In this document: positions 37,627 through 48,288 of the stretch, piece after piece
How positions within the stretch are numbered: position 1 is the stretch's first letter
Layout: the number at the start of each line of letters is the position of its first letter
IMG/VR virus record: IMGVR_UViG_3300036832_001138
Location: 1-64,000 of that record
Source: a virus
DNA length: 64,000 bases
Strand: one strand, 5' to 3'
Notes under the pieces: generated by a model
Database searches by the model: none
What the model saw: the letters and a program-made list of their open reading frames with translations, nothing else
Told to the model about the DNA's origin: nothing
Program-made: the position numbers and the translations under genes

Positions 37627-39998
37627 CTGAGCGCGGATCGTCCGGCCGCCCGGCCGCCGTCAATAAAATATTCTCACCGCACGTTGTGCATTCAACGTAG
37701 AAATATCCGCAACGCGGCGCGGGATACGGCAGCGTCGCCTTGCACGACGGCGAGCGCCCCATTGCCATGTTAATATCAACGCCGCTCGGGAATTCCGGAT
37801 TCGGCTTCTCGCGCGGTTCTCTACCCAAATCGATCCATTCGATCTTGAATTTGTCGGTCATTCATCCTGCTTCTTGTCTTTGCGATAATCGATGCCGAGC
37901 GCGAAGTATCGCGCATTGTCGTTGACCATCTCAAGCGAGTTGCACAGCGCCGCGATGCGCTTGCCGCGCTCGACCGTGCTCGGGTTTTTCATCTCGCCAT
38001 CGAGCGCCACAAGAAACGTGCGCACCGCGCTGGTCACCGCGACTAGGCTCGCGCGATACTTGCGCGTTTCGATATCCATCCCGCGCCCCAACCGAGGCAT
38101 GTCAGTTGGCTTTCTCTTTCATGACTTCCGCACGGGCTCGTTGCAGCCGCAGGATGCGCGGATCGCCTGCGATCTGCCGGGCTTCCTCGCGGTTCGGATT
38201 ATCGAGCACATGCTTTCTCCCGCGCTTGCGAAACACCATGATGTGCCCGCAATAGATGCAAATCGTCACGTCGCCGGGCGATGGCTTGTGATCGCCGAAC
38301 ATGCTGCTTGCGGCATCCAACTGCTTGCCGCAGGCAAGACAATAACCGCCCCGAACACGTGTTTCTCGCATGCCGCGTCCATCACGGTTGTTTCGGATTG
38401 ATGATGATCTCGACCGGCTGGCCGACGGCAAGCTCGGGCTGCTCGGCACCGAGCCGCCAACTCTCCCGCATACCCTCGAATTGCACGAACCAACCGATAT
38501 CCTCGTATTCGATTTCAGTCTCCGCCCTGCCATCGGGCAACGTGCGGCCGGTCTTGACCGCGCGCATGGCCATGCGCTTCTGCTCGATCTTGGAAACCGT
38601 GGTATTGATGACGTAGCTCATTCCGGTTCGTTGCAAATTTTGCACACGACTTCGCCAGCCTCGTGATAGCCGCCCCGGTTCTCGCCGCGCGCCGATAGCT
38701 CGGCCTTGCTGGCGAGCCGATTGCGCAGCGCCACGATCGTGGGATTTTCAACGTTCGCATCCGGCACGCGTATGATCTGCGCCTCACCGCCGGGATTGAG
38801 CCCGCGTCGTGTGGCCTCCGTCAATGCGCTTAGAGCATCGTCGGCTTGCACGACGGTCCCGCCGAGAAATCCGCCCTCCGCTTTGGCGCGAGCGAATGAG
38901 ATGTAGAACCAAGTTTTGTCCATTAGATACAATCGTGCTCCCTACCAAGCCGCGAATACTTCTTTCCGCATGCGACGCAAAACACGCCTGTGATCGGCGG
39001 TATGGTATCCATGACCGGAACCGAAAAATTGATATCAAGCCGACCGCCGCAAGCGGGGCAGCGCTCTTGATCGTGAGAAAGAATCTTATCGGTGCGACTC
39101 GGTTTGCTTTGTGTCATGGCGAGCGTCCGATTTCCATGCCGCCATACTCAGAATGAAACCGTTTGCAGTGCGCACAGTATTTGTTTTCAACGTCGCCGAG
39201 ATGATACGAAGTCATGCCGCAGCGCGTGCACACAATCGCCTTGCCGTCGTTGACGATCACATAGGTCCGCGGAACGAACTTGCCGAGAAAATAATCGGTG
39301 AGCACAAACACTGCGGCGGTTCGCACCATGGCCCCGCGATAGCGCTCGTTGAACCAATCCTCCGGCCGCGCCTTCGCTTCCATCACGCGCCGCGCGATCT
39401 CGTAAGCGAGTGAGCCGAGCGTATCGGTAATGCGATCGCTAAGCCCCTTAATTTCATCACGCGTCATGCCCATGCGCTTTCAAAACTTCTCGCCAGCTTG
39501 AATATGCTTCGTTGCGCGGATCGAGCTTGGCGAGATCGAGATGGCCCAAGCGTTCCGCGATTTGCATGATGTTGTTGGTCTTGCCTTCACGCGCCAGCAC
39601 CGCCATCAACCCGGCGCACTGTTGCGGATGGTCACCGGCTCGCTTGTGCGGATCATCGAAGTTATCGTAATCGATAGTCTTGTGGCATTGAAATGCAGAC
39701 TGGTTGAAAATCTCGCGCAAGCGCGGACGCGAAAGCTCAAACGTCTCGCCGACGCCCTTGCGGAAAGGGCAATTCTCGCATGGGCGTTTTAAGTGGAACA
39801 CGGCTTAACCTCGATCCACTTTTTGATGCAATCCTCGCAAAACGATGCCGCCGATCCATCGCTGCGCCACATCATCAACGGCACCTCCGGCAACGCGCCA
39901 TGACAAATTCCGCAGAGCTTGCGTTGCGGTGAGTCCGGCCTACCCCACGAGATCACGCAACCGGGACGAAATGCGAATACGGTGTTAGGGCGGGTCAT
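37565..39998 (-). other. Dense run of small, mostly Cys/Zn-finger hypothetical genes (e.g. 37565-37861, 37858-38100, 38382-38645, 38618-38932, 38923-39117, 39114-39473, 39457-39801, 39789-39998)
   Basis: Coupled ORFs with multiple CxxC pairs; 39457-39801 has a DUF6283-like 'PCxxCPFRK...CHK...CAG' pattern. Confidence 0.55.
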
Positions 39999-40651
39999 GC
40001 TGGCAACAGTGCCATCGCGTCGGCGTGGCGTTGGTTGAATTCTTCGACCGCGGCCGGGCCGTCCCGCTCCGCGACTTCGCGCAGCAATGGGAGGCCACTA
40101 TCGATCGAGTCGATTATTTCGTCGCGCGTCGCCTTGCGACCACGCGCGTACCATTCGAGTGCGATCGGATCGCCGAGCGAAAACAAAATGCCAGGATTTC
40201 CCATGCCATCGGTGCGAAAGGGGCGATAGCTCAGCGTGATCCAAATCGCCATTGCGCCGGGATTGCGCTCGACGTGAATGCCCGGCGCTTCGATGCGATT
40301 ATCCGGCAAGTCATGCTCGTTACGCTTGCGTTCCGGATGCGCCAGAAACGGGCAGGCTTTTACGGCGAAGCGCGCACACTCAAGATGCGACGGCGGCTCG
40401 GAATTGACGCGGTTCAGCGCACACATGGGGCCCAAGATAAAGGCGAGATGCTTTCCCAAGCGCTCGCCACATATCCAACAAAGCTTTTGATTGACCGCCT
40501 GCGCGAGCCACGACGTATGCACGGCACGAAAATCGGGCTTGCCGTCGACCCACGCGACAAACCGCGGCACCGGAAAACCATTTTCTGATATCGGCAGCTT
40601 TAGCATTCGTGCCGGAATGTCGAGTTTGGAAATTGCGTGATTATAGTTCAT
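39995..40651 (-). CDS. Conserved phage hypothetical protein
   Basis: 218 aa; 'GFPVPRFVAW...LCWICGE...EPPSHLECARFAVKACPFL'. Confidence 0.65.
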   Translation of the reverse strand: MNYNHAISKLDIPARMLKLPISENGFPVPRFVAWVDGKPDFRAVHTSWLAQAVNQKLCWICGERLGKHLAFILGPMCALNRVNSEPPSHLECARFAVKACPFLAHPERKRNEHDLPDNRIEAPGIHVERNPGAMAIWITLSYRPFRTDGMGNPGILFSLGDPIALEWYARGRKATRDEIIDSIDSGLPLLREVAERDGPAAVEEFNQRHADAMALLPA

Positions 40652-40882
40652 TGCTCGAATTCTCCGGTTTCAGCGATGGCGATCGCATCGCGCGCCATGC
40701 GGATAAATTGCTCACGGTCGCCACGGTGGGCAAAGGCGGAGAGTCCCATCGTTTCCAGCGCGATCATCATTAAGGTTGCGTGCTCGGCTAGCCCGTTGCG
40801 CTCGGCCATGGCAAATAACCGCAGCGCCGAGCGGCGCAGATCGTTGCGAAAGCAGTCGGCCGCTTGTGTGAGCGTAATCGCA

Positions 40883-41461
40883 TCATTCAGTCTGCCATCC
40901 GCTCGGTCGTGTTGGATCGTCATGGGGGCGTGGCGGCTCGTGCCGTCCTTTATCCTTAGCAAGAGCGAGAAGTTCGCTCACATCTTGCACACGCATCACC
41001 TTCTCAATTATCTTGTTAAGGTCGACGCGCAGCGAGCGTATTTCATGCTCAATTTGGTCGAGTCGGGAAGGGGCCTCGCGCGTTCGCTCCCCGCTATCCA
41101 CACGTCTTTCCAGCGCTAAAATTCGCCGAGCGAGCACAGCGGGATGCAATTCCATCGCTTCGAGCACGCGCATGCGCTCGCGCATGTTCTCTATCGACCC
41201 TTCGGCCCGGTTCAAGGCGTCGAGCGCAGCCGATATCTGCAACGCCAAATGCTCGGCTCGCGGGACGATGCTCTTGTGGACGAAATTTTCCAAGCGGCGA
41301 TGCTGCTCGTCGAGCACTTCGGCCGCGGCGCGGTCGCCCCATCGCTGCCAATTCGGCAGATCAACCGGGACAAGCCGCGTACCCTGCGCTCGCAAGGTGC
41401 GTGGCGGCGTGAAGCCGGTAATCTTGCGCTTGATCTTCCGTTTTCGCTTTTTCATTTGCAT
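40883..41461 (-). CDS. Basic N-terminus coiled-coil protein (near-target of two guides)
   Basis: SD aggagtc; 192 aa. Confidence 0.6.
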   Translation of the reverse strand: MQMKKRKRKIKRKITGFTPPRTLRAQGTRLVPVDLPNWQRWGDRAAAEVLDEQHRRLENFVHKSIVPRAEHLALQISAALDALNRAEGSIENMRERMRVLEAMELHPAVLARRILALERRVDSGERTREAPSRLDQIEHEIRSLRVDLNKIIEKVMRVQDVSELLALAKDKGRHEPPRPHDDPTRPSGWQTE

Positions 41462-41561
41462 TCGACTCCTAGTGGGCGGTCACCGCAATCAGGAGAAAAC
41501 CGCAATGGGTGCGAGCACGTTGCGAGCAGGCCGAAAAGTATCAGTGCGACGCCGAGCGCTT

Positions 41562-44500
41562 TCATGACGGATCGACGCCGCCAATTCGCAGATGGTCGAG
41601 CGCTTTCGCGAGGCATAACTGCGCTGCATAGGCGCGCAGGAGCTTGGCCGTTAGTTCGAATTCTCGGGCGCTGCCCGGCTGGTCGCGATCGCGCGCCTCT
41701 TTCGCCCATACTTCGCGCTCCGCGGCAAGCGTGAGTGCTTCGTCGGCGGCTTTCGGCAATTCTGCCGGAGTGTATTTGGTGGGGATCACGGCCATCATAC
41801 AAACTTCGGTGCGTGTTGTTTTTCGTAATCGTCGAGGATCGATTCCATGATCCGGATGCGCTCGGCGGCTTCGTGCGGCGTCATCTTGTCGTCACGCACA
41901 AACCGCGGGTAAACGCCGCGACGCATCGCAAGCTCGCGCCTGATCTCGGATATCTTTTGTTCCAGCGTGTAGCTCAAATCCAAATCTCCGCGATCTTCGG
42001 GTCGTCGAGCGGGTGACGTTCCATGCGCACCAAACCGCGCGGTATCTTGCCGCGCACTTCGTCGAGCGTGAGCCCAACAAATACCGCTCCGGTTGCCTCT
42101 GTGCGTCCGCGGCCGAGAAGCCACTTTCGCGCGACGTAAAACGTGGGCAGGTCGAGCGGATGGTCATAGATCACCCATAGCGGCAGATCGTTTGTCATCG
42201 CCATTCCGATATCGGCGTCGGATCGAGTAGCGATCGCGGGGTGAATGTTTCCATTAGAAAGCGCCACACGCGTGGAAACAGATCAACCGCCGCACGCATC
42301 GGTTTTGGTTCGGTTACTGGTTGCGCACCATTATCACTGCGCACAGCGCGAGCCCGATCATCGATCCGAACAGAATCAGCAACTCGGGGGGTAGGTGCGC
42401 GAGCATCGGGTTGCCTCCAATAGAGCATCGACTTCGGCATGGTCGCGCGGCCGACGAACCAACATCGCTTCTGATCGATCTCGCGCCAACTCCAATACTC
42501 GCGCGACATGGGCCGCTCGCTGCACGCGATGCGCCCTTGCCCGTGCGCAGGCAAATCGGCAATGAGCATGAACGCGAAGCTTGCGGCCATCGGCGCGAAT
42601 CTCACGTCTTAGTCCGGCGCTGGTAGAAGTGGCTGCATCGTGCCGCTCTCATAGATTTCGGCGATGCGCGGCGCGGCAGTCTCGTAAACCGTCTTGCCAT
42701 CGGGCATGACGATGTGAGCGAAAAACGCTTGCTCGAATGTCTCGATACGGCTGGCGACACTTTCGAGCTTGGCTTTGATGCAAAGAAGTAACGCGCGCCA
42801 GCGCTGCCGCCGCTCTTGCGCGATTTTATCGCCCGCGCCTTCCGGCAACGGCAAGAGAAACCGCACGCGGCGGTTCTTGGCTTCGAACATCACGATGGCG
42901 CGTCCCGGTTCGATGACCAGCCCAAATTTGTCGGCACCATAGCGCGCAACGGCCGCTTCGATTTCCGCTTTGGATTGATTTTCCGGAACACGGGTGCGCT
43001 CGGCATATCGGCTCACGCGATATCCTCAATTTTGAATTCGAGATGCATTCCGTCATTCGATTGCACGTTCGCGCGATAGCCGTGCGCGTTGAGCGTGCGG
43101 TTCACGAGCGAAAAAAGCTTCACGTCGACAAGATAGGATTCATTGGCCGCGTGAAGCTCGGCGATGATTTGCGCGACGGGGATCATCCCATCCTCTGCGA
43201 ACTTGAATGTCACTCCATCCGCTCCGTCGCCGCTGCCCACGACGCGGCTTCCGCTTGAAGCTCGTTGATGCGTTCCACGAGTTCGGCATTTCGTTCTTGT
43301 AGTTGCGGCACGATGTCTGCCAAGTGCTGCATACGTTGCACTTCCGCGATGCTGGCGGGATCACCGAACACGTTGAAGCCCGACCATGACAGGCCCGCGA
43401 ATTCGAGGTTGGCGGCAGTGAGTGCATCGGTGAATTCCCCCGGTGGAATACGCTCACGATTTTTCATGCGTGCTTCTCTGATCAGTTGTTGCCAGAAACC
43501 GGCTTCGTTTTCGATGTCCTGACGCGTGACCACTTATTGCATCTTCGCTGTGCGACGCGGCAGCATGCCCACAAGCCGACCTTGCGATGTTGGCCTCAAT
43601 TGATGATCCATGAATTCGAGCGGGGCGAGCGTCGGCTTGCCGGTTTCGCGGATGATGCGGCGATGCGCCACCATCATGCCGCCTTCGCTATCTTCGCCCA
43701 TGAACGCGATGACTTCGACGCGATTAGGGAAATCAGCGATGGTCCCGCCTCTCTCGATCCATTCTTTCGCTCCGCCGCCCGTCGCGGTCCATGCCTCATC
43801 GATGAACAGGCAGCACACCACGTCGTTAAGCTCGAAGAACGCGCGCATGATGGCCACGCTCGTATCCTTGTCGCCGGACGGCGGCATAACCACCGCATGC
43901 TCGCCGTTGGCTTTGACCACGTGCCACATCGGACGAACCGCGCCCGTTTCCGCAAAGCGATCCTGCGCCCAAGTTGACGCATGCTCGATCATTTCGCGAA
44001 GCTGCGCGGTGCTCATTTGAAATCGCCGGTTGTCTGATCGACGCGCGGATCACTCCGGCGCGGTGGCGCTTTGGCAACGCTGGCGATGCGATCGAGCGCC
44101 GAGCGCATGTCGGTGATGCCTTGACTCACGTGCGAATGCCGCGCCGCTTCGGCGCTGGCGATCTCGGTCAAGACGTTGGCGGCTTCTTCCGCATTCTCTC
44201 TTGGGACGGCGCGGAGCTTGGTCACTTCATTGGCGGCATGCTCGATTGTCTGCCGCGCCTCGTCGCCCAACTGTGCCATGCGTTTGGCGAACGTGTCGCC
44301 GATCTCGCGTAGCTGTTTGGCGACAGTCTCGCCTTCTCTGATCTCTTGATCGGAGATCGCGCGGATTTTGTCGGCCGCTTTGATGCATGCATCCATGACG
44401 CTATTTGCTGCCGCAGGCACGCCGCCGTTGCCGCGCTTGAGTTCATCGCTCGTAAGCTTGGCGAATTCCCGTTCCATCGATTGCGCTAGATCGTGATCAG

Positions 44501-45113
44501 ATGGCATTTTCATTCTCCCCTTGTCTGAAAGGTTCAGGCCATTGCCAGATTAGTTGTCCGTCGACACGAATCACCGGCCGCTTTAGCGCGCCAGCCCTGA
44601 TCTCCGCCTCGACCGCATGATGATCGGCGAACCAATCGACCTTTGGTATTTGATCGAGCGGCAGGTCGATCGTGTCGCCCGCTTCGTCGAAGCCATAGGC
44701 TACCGCGTTGCCCGCGTAGAGCTTGCTATAGATCGCGAAATAATGCTGCTTCGCCGCCTCGACTCTAAATCCCCACTCGTAAACCACGACACCAACGCCG
44801 GACCTGCCATCATGCGCGCGGCGCACGAGCCCGTGGTCGACTTGCAAGCGATCGAGCCCGGCCGCGTCATAAACATCGTGAAGCTCTTTCGCTTCGATCG
44901 GCACGATCTCGCGCGCTGCCGGGCGGATGATCAGAAAATTCATGATCGATATCCGACGCTCGCCTTGTTGTGCGCGCGGATCGCGTCTTTGCGCATGGAG
45001 TCGGAAAGACTCTGCACCGCGAGCGCCGTTTCCGACGTGCCGCGTTTTGGGTACACCGTGACCAATAGCTTGAGCACCATGTGCGCAAACCAAATGCGAA
45101 GCAGGTCGGTCAT
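41562..45113 (-). other. Run of small hypothetical genes (incl. 41562-41798, 42195-42605, 42609-43016, 43210-43533, 43534-44016, 44013-44513, 44497-44943)
   Basis: Coupled - strand ORFs downstream of recT. Confidence 0.55.
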
Positions 45114-46273
45114 TTCAGCGGTATCCCGTCGTATCCGTCGAGCCACGCTTGCCAAAGCTTTTTGTCTTCGCGGTACTCGCCGGGGATCGCCTTGCGCTGT
45201 ACGCCTCTGATCTTGTCGGTTTGTCCGTGGCCCCACGCCTCGATCTCCGCCTCTCGCCCTTGCATGTTGCCCGCGATCTCGCGCGCCTTCTCGCCAAGCT
45301 CGCGCGCTTGGTCGACTTGTTCTTTCGGTGGCAGAATCTCGGGATTGGTGTCGGCAGCGCCGGGATTGCGAGCGCCAGAGGGGACGCTTGCTTCCCGCAC
45401 GCCACCGTTCGCCGCGTCGCCTACGGCATCATCATGCTGTGCGGCAGAGTCAGTCGCTTGCGTCGCGGTCGAACTAAAACCGGCACCGAAATCGTCGAGC
45501 GTCGAGGCGACCGACGCCGGACCGTGCTCAATCTGCGGCTGCGTGCGGTGCTCATACGGCTCGGGATGGCCGATCGCGTCCATGCTCTCGGCTTCGTGCC
45601 GGAATACGTTTTCAATATCCGATGCCATCGGCAGCGATTTGGCATGCCGCCGCATGACGGTCTTGCGCACCATCTCCGGATAAAATACGTCGTCGTCCCA
45701 CGGCGTCGCACGCTTGGCGCGCACGGCAGGCGACTTCAAACGAATTTCTTCGATCTGATCGATGGTCATCCATTCGATCGATTTGCTTTCGTCGTCTTTG
45801 AAGGTCGCGACACTATACGCGCCGATGATCTTGCGCTTCGAATTGCCGGTCAGCGATGGCTTGTGATGCACGTAGGGCCGATCGCCGAATGCGATATCGA
45901 ATTGGTCGCCCTCGAATACGACCTGACAATTTAGGTCGTTGATCAATCCCGATGCGCGAACCTTTTTGCGCAGACCGACCACCATCGGTTGATAGGTCGC
46001 GATCAGATCGGGGCCGGATTTGAACGGCACGATCGCCGCCTCGCGGCCGTCGAGCATCAAGCCATCTTGCGCCGCATGCATCATGACCGAGAGCAGCGAG
46101 CGCGGATTGCAGCGAAGCAAGTCCGGCTTATCGTTGAGCGTGGTGAAAACCACGCGCTTAAACTTATCGACGGTTTCCTTCGGCATCAGCATCGCGAATT
46201 GCGAGCTTGATTTTTCGATTAGCTCGCGCAGCGCGCCGGATTGATCTTGCTTAGCCGGTGTAGTCGTTGCCAT
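45110..46273 (-). CDS. recT: RecT-family single-strand annealing recombinase
   Basis: 'LLRCNPRSLLSVMMHAAQDGL..DGREAAIVPF', 'VFEGDQF', 'TPW...YPEMVRKTVMRRHAKSLP'. Confidence 0.85.
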   Translation of the reverse strand: MATTTPAKQDQSGALRELIEKSSSQFAMLMPKETVDKFKRVVFTTLNDKPDLLRCNPRSLLSVMMHAAQDGLMLDGREAAIVPFKSGPDLIATYQPMVVGLRKKVRASGLINDLNCQVVFEGDQFDIAFGDRPYVHHKPSLTGNSKRKIIGAYSVATFKDDESKSIEWMTIDQIEEIRLKSPAVRAKRATPWDDDVFYPEMVRKTVMRRHAKSLPMASDIENVFRHEAESMDAIGHPEPYEHRTQPQIEHGPASVASTLDDFGAGFSSTATQATDSAAQHDDAVGDAANGGVREASVPSGARNPGAADTNPEILPPKEQVDQARELGEKAREIAGNMQGREAEIEAWGHGQTDKIRGVQRKAIPGEYREDKKLWQAWLDGYDGIPLK

Positions 46274-46285
46274 TTACACTTTCCC

Positions 46286-46534
46286 TCATTCACCCGCCGA
46301 GTTAGGAGTAAAGCGAAACTCCGGCTCGGATGGGCGCATGGCAAATTGCCGATGCGCATCGTCGACTTCCTCGCGCAGCACATTGAACATTTGCCCGACT
46401 TCGTTGGGAGTCAACACGCCGCCATTGCGCTGGCCGAGCCTGCCGAGTTGGCGCAGCCCGCGCAGCACGCGCGAGACTCGCGTTTCGGTTTGCACCCGGT
46501 ATTTATTCGCATCCATTAGTTTCCTCCGTCTCAA
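46286..46534 (-). CDS. Hypothetical protein
   Basis: Lies between the exonuclease and recT. Confidence 0.5.
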   Translation of the reverse strand: MRRRKLMDANKYRVQTETRVSRVLRGLRQLGRLGQRNGGVLTPNEVGQMFNVLREEVDDAHRQFAMRPSEPEFRFTPNSAGE

Positions 46535-46603
46535 GTTTGGTGGGGGCGCGACCGGGAGTGTCGGTTGCGGTGGCCGCGCCCCCGCGGCGACATTGGTGAG
46601 CGC

Positions 46604-47557
46604 CTACGCCGCCGCCGTGCCTTCGTCATCCTTCACAGCACGAAGCTGCCGATAGGTTGACGCGCGCACGAAGTGTTCCTTCTTTTGCACCGTCTTTAGG
46701 GTTACGCGCCAACCGTTCACGAGCGCGATCTCGGCGTCGCCGATCTTTTGCTTGATCTCGATATCAATCTCTTTGCAGCGCGCTTCCGCGGTGTCGCAAT
46801 CGGCTTTGACTTTCTCGCGCTCGGCAAGCAATTCGTGCACGCGGTTATCGCTGCGCAGATCGATGGTTTTGCCCGGTGTCGCCGTGGCATGCATCGCCGT
46901 GATCAGCGCGGCATCGCGGGTAAAATCCGCCTTCGGCGTATTGCCCGCCTCAACGTCATGCCAAAACCTTTGCACGCCATCGCGGATGCGCGCTTCCGCC
47001 GCTTCGTGGCGCGGCACTTCGAACTCGTGAAGCTCCGGCGCGCCCCACGGCTTGATCTCAAGCGCAGCGATCAATCCAAACTCGGCACGCGCGAGCATCA
47101 TGCACGTGAGGCATTGCAGGCTAATCCATGCGGGCGCGCCGTCGGTCCAATAGCGCTTGAATTGCGCGCTGGCGACGGTCTTCGCCTCGACGATGCCGCG
47201 TCTGCGCCCGGTCGGCCTGATCTCGGTACAGAAAAAGTCCGGCGTCCCGCCGAGCCGCAATTGCGTGTGGCGGAAATAGGAGTTGGCCGCGCGCAGTTTC
47301 CAATCCGGATGTGCGCGTTGCACGTAGCGGCCGACCAACTCTTGAAGCTCGATGCCGCGCGCCATCACGCTGCTCATCGCGCGCTCGGGAAGCTCGACGC
47401 CGCGCACCTTGGCGTGCAGGCCATAGATCGTTTCGTAAGGGTGCAGACCAAACAGTGCGCCGACCGTGCCTGCCGTCACGTCGTGCTTTCGCCACGCGAG
47501 CCATTCGGCTTCGCTGGTTATGATACGGCGTTCGATCGTGGGCGGCTTCTTTGGCAT
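46604..47557 (-). CDS. YqaJ-like (lambda-exonuclease family) recombination nuclease
   Basis: 'EWLAWRKHDVTAG...GLHPY', 'MARGIELQ', 'GGTPDF...VEAKT', 'Q' motif; adjacent to recT. Confidence 0.85.
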   Translation of the reverse strand: MPKKPPTIERRIITSEAEWLAWRKHDVTAGTVGALFGLHPYETIYGLHAKVRGVELPERAMSSVMARGIELQELVGRYVQRAHPDWKLRAANSYFRHTQLRLGGTPDFFCTEIRPTGRRRGIVEAKTVASAQFKRYWTDGAPAWISLQCLTCMMLARAEFGLIAALEIKPWGAPELHEFEVPRHEAAEARIRDGVQRFWHDVEAGNTPKADFTRDAALITAMHATATPGKTIDLRSDNRVHELLAEREKVKADCDTAEARCKEIDIEIKQKIGDAEIALVNGWRVTLKTVQKKEHFVRASTYRQLRAVKDDEGTAAA

Positions 47558-47836
47558 CCGGGCGCTCGCGGATGGGGTGAGGGGCCAACGGTCCCGATTC
47601 GCACAATGTCACGCTATGCGGGCAAGTCAAAAGATTTTTTGCGCGAAGCGGTACGCGTCAGCGACGTTGACCCAAAAATATCCCGCTAACCGCCGGAGCT
47701 TAGAAGGTTTTGCGCCTTTTCCACATGCCCCGCCGGGACGCTCGCGACACGTTGCCGGTGACGGCCTCGCGGCGTATGGTTTCAAGGCTCTGTCCGGACT
47801 CGGACTTTCTGCGAAAAATCATGCGGAGGCAATACC

Positions 47837-48226
47837 ATGGCTGATAGCGGCGGCAACGGCTATGACCGACAACAATTGGAGGGATTTCTCAGCGAAATCG
47901 ATGACGCGGATGCACGGCTCGCGTCACTCAAGGGCGAGTATATGCAGTCGTGCAAGGGCGTGCGCGAGGATATCTCGGCGGTTTACGATCGCGTCAAAGA
48001 CGCGGGCGTGCCGCAACGGGCATTCAAGACCATCGTCAAAAACCGGCGCTTGAACCGGCAGATCGACGCCAACGTACAACGGCTAGAGTTGGACGCGCAG
48101 GCCGATTACGACAAATTGTGCGAAGACCTTGGCGACTATATCGACCTTCCCCTTGGCCGCGCCGCGGCCGATCGGGCCCGGCCGCGTGCTGCCGAATCGA
48201 ACCTCGACTCGCTCGCCGCAGGCTAA
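47837..48226 (+). CDS. GapR/DUF2312-like DNA-binding protein
   Basis: 'QLEGFLSEI...EDISAVYDRVKDAGVPQRAFKTIVKNRR' resembles GapR; SD ggagg. Confidence 0.55.
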   Translation: MADSGGNGYDRQQLEGFLSEIDDADARLASLKGEYMQSCKGVREDISAVYDRVKDAGVPQRAFKTIVKNRRLNRQIDANVQRLELDAQADYDKLCEDLGDYIDLPLGRAAADRARPRAAESNLDSLAAG

Positions 48227-48288
48227 CGCCAGCGCCGTAATCTGTAGGCGCGCGGTGGGCGGATGGGGGCCACCATCATGCCTGCCGC

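Noticed and set aside
8220-43167. Weaker 11-14-nt guide similarities (near 8220, 9698, 11298, 14469, 26537, 32126, 42075, 43151)
   Set aside because: Within chance expectation for 36 guides in GC-rich DNA. Some are in frame with plausible homolog alleles, but they need a database search.
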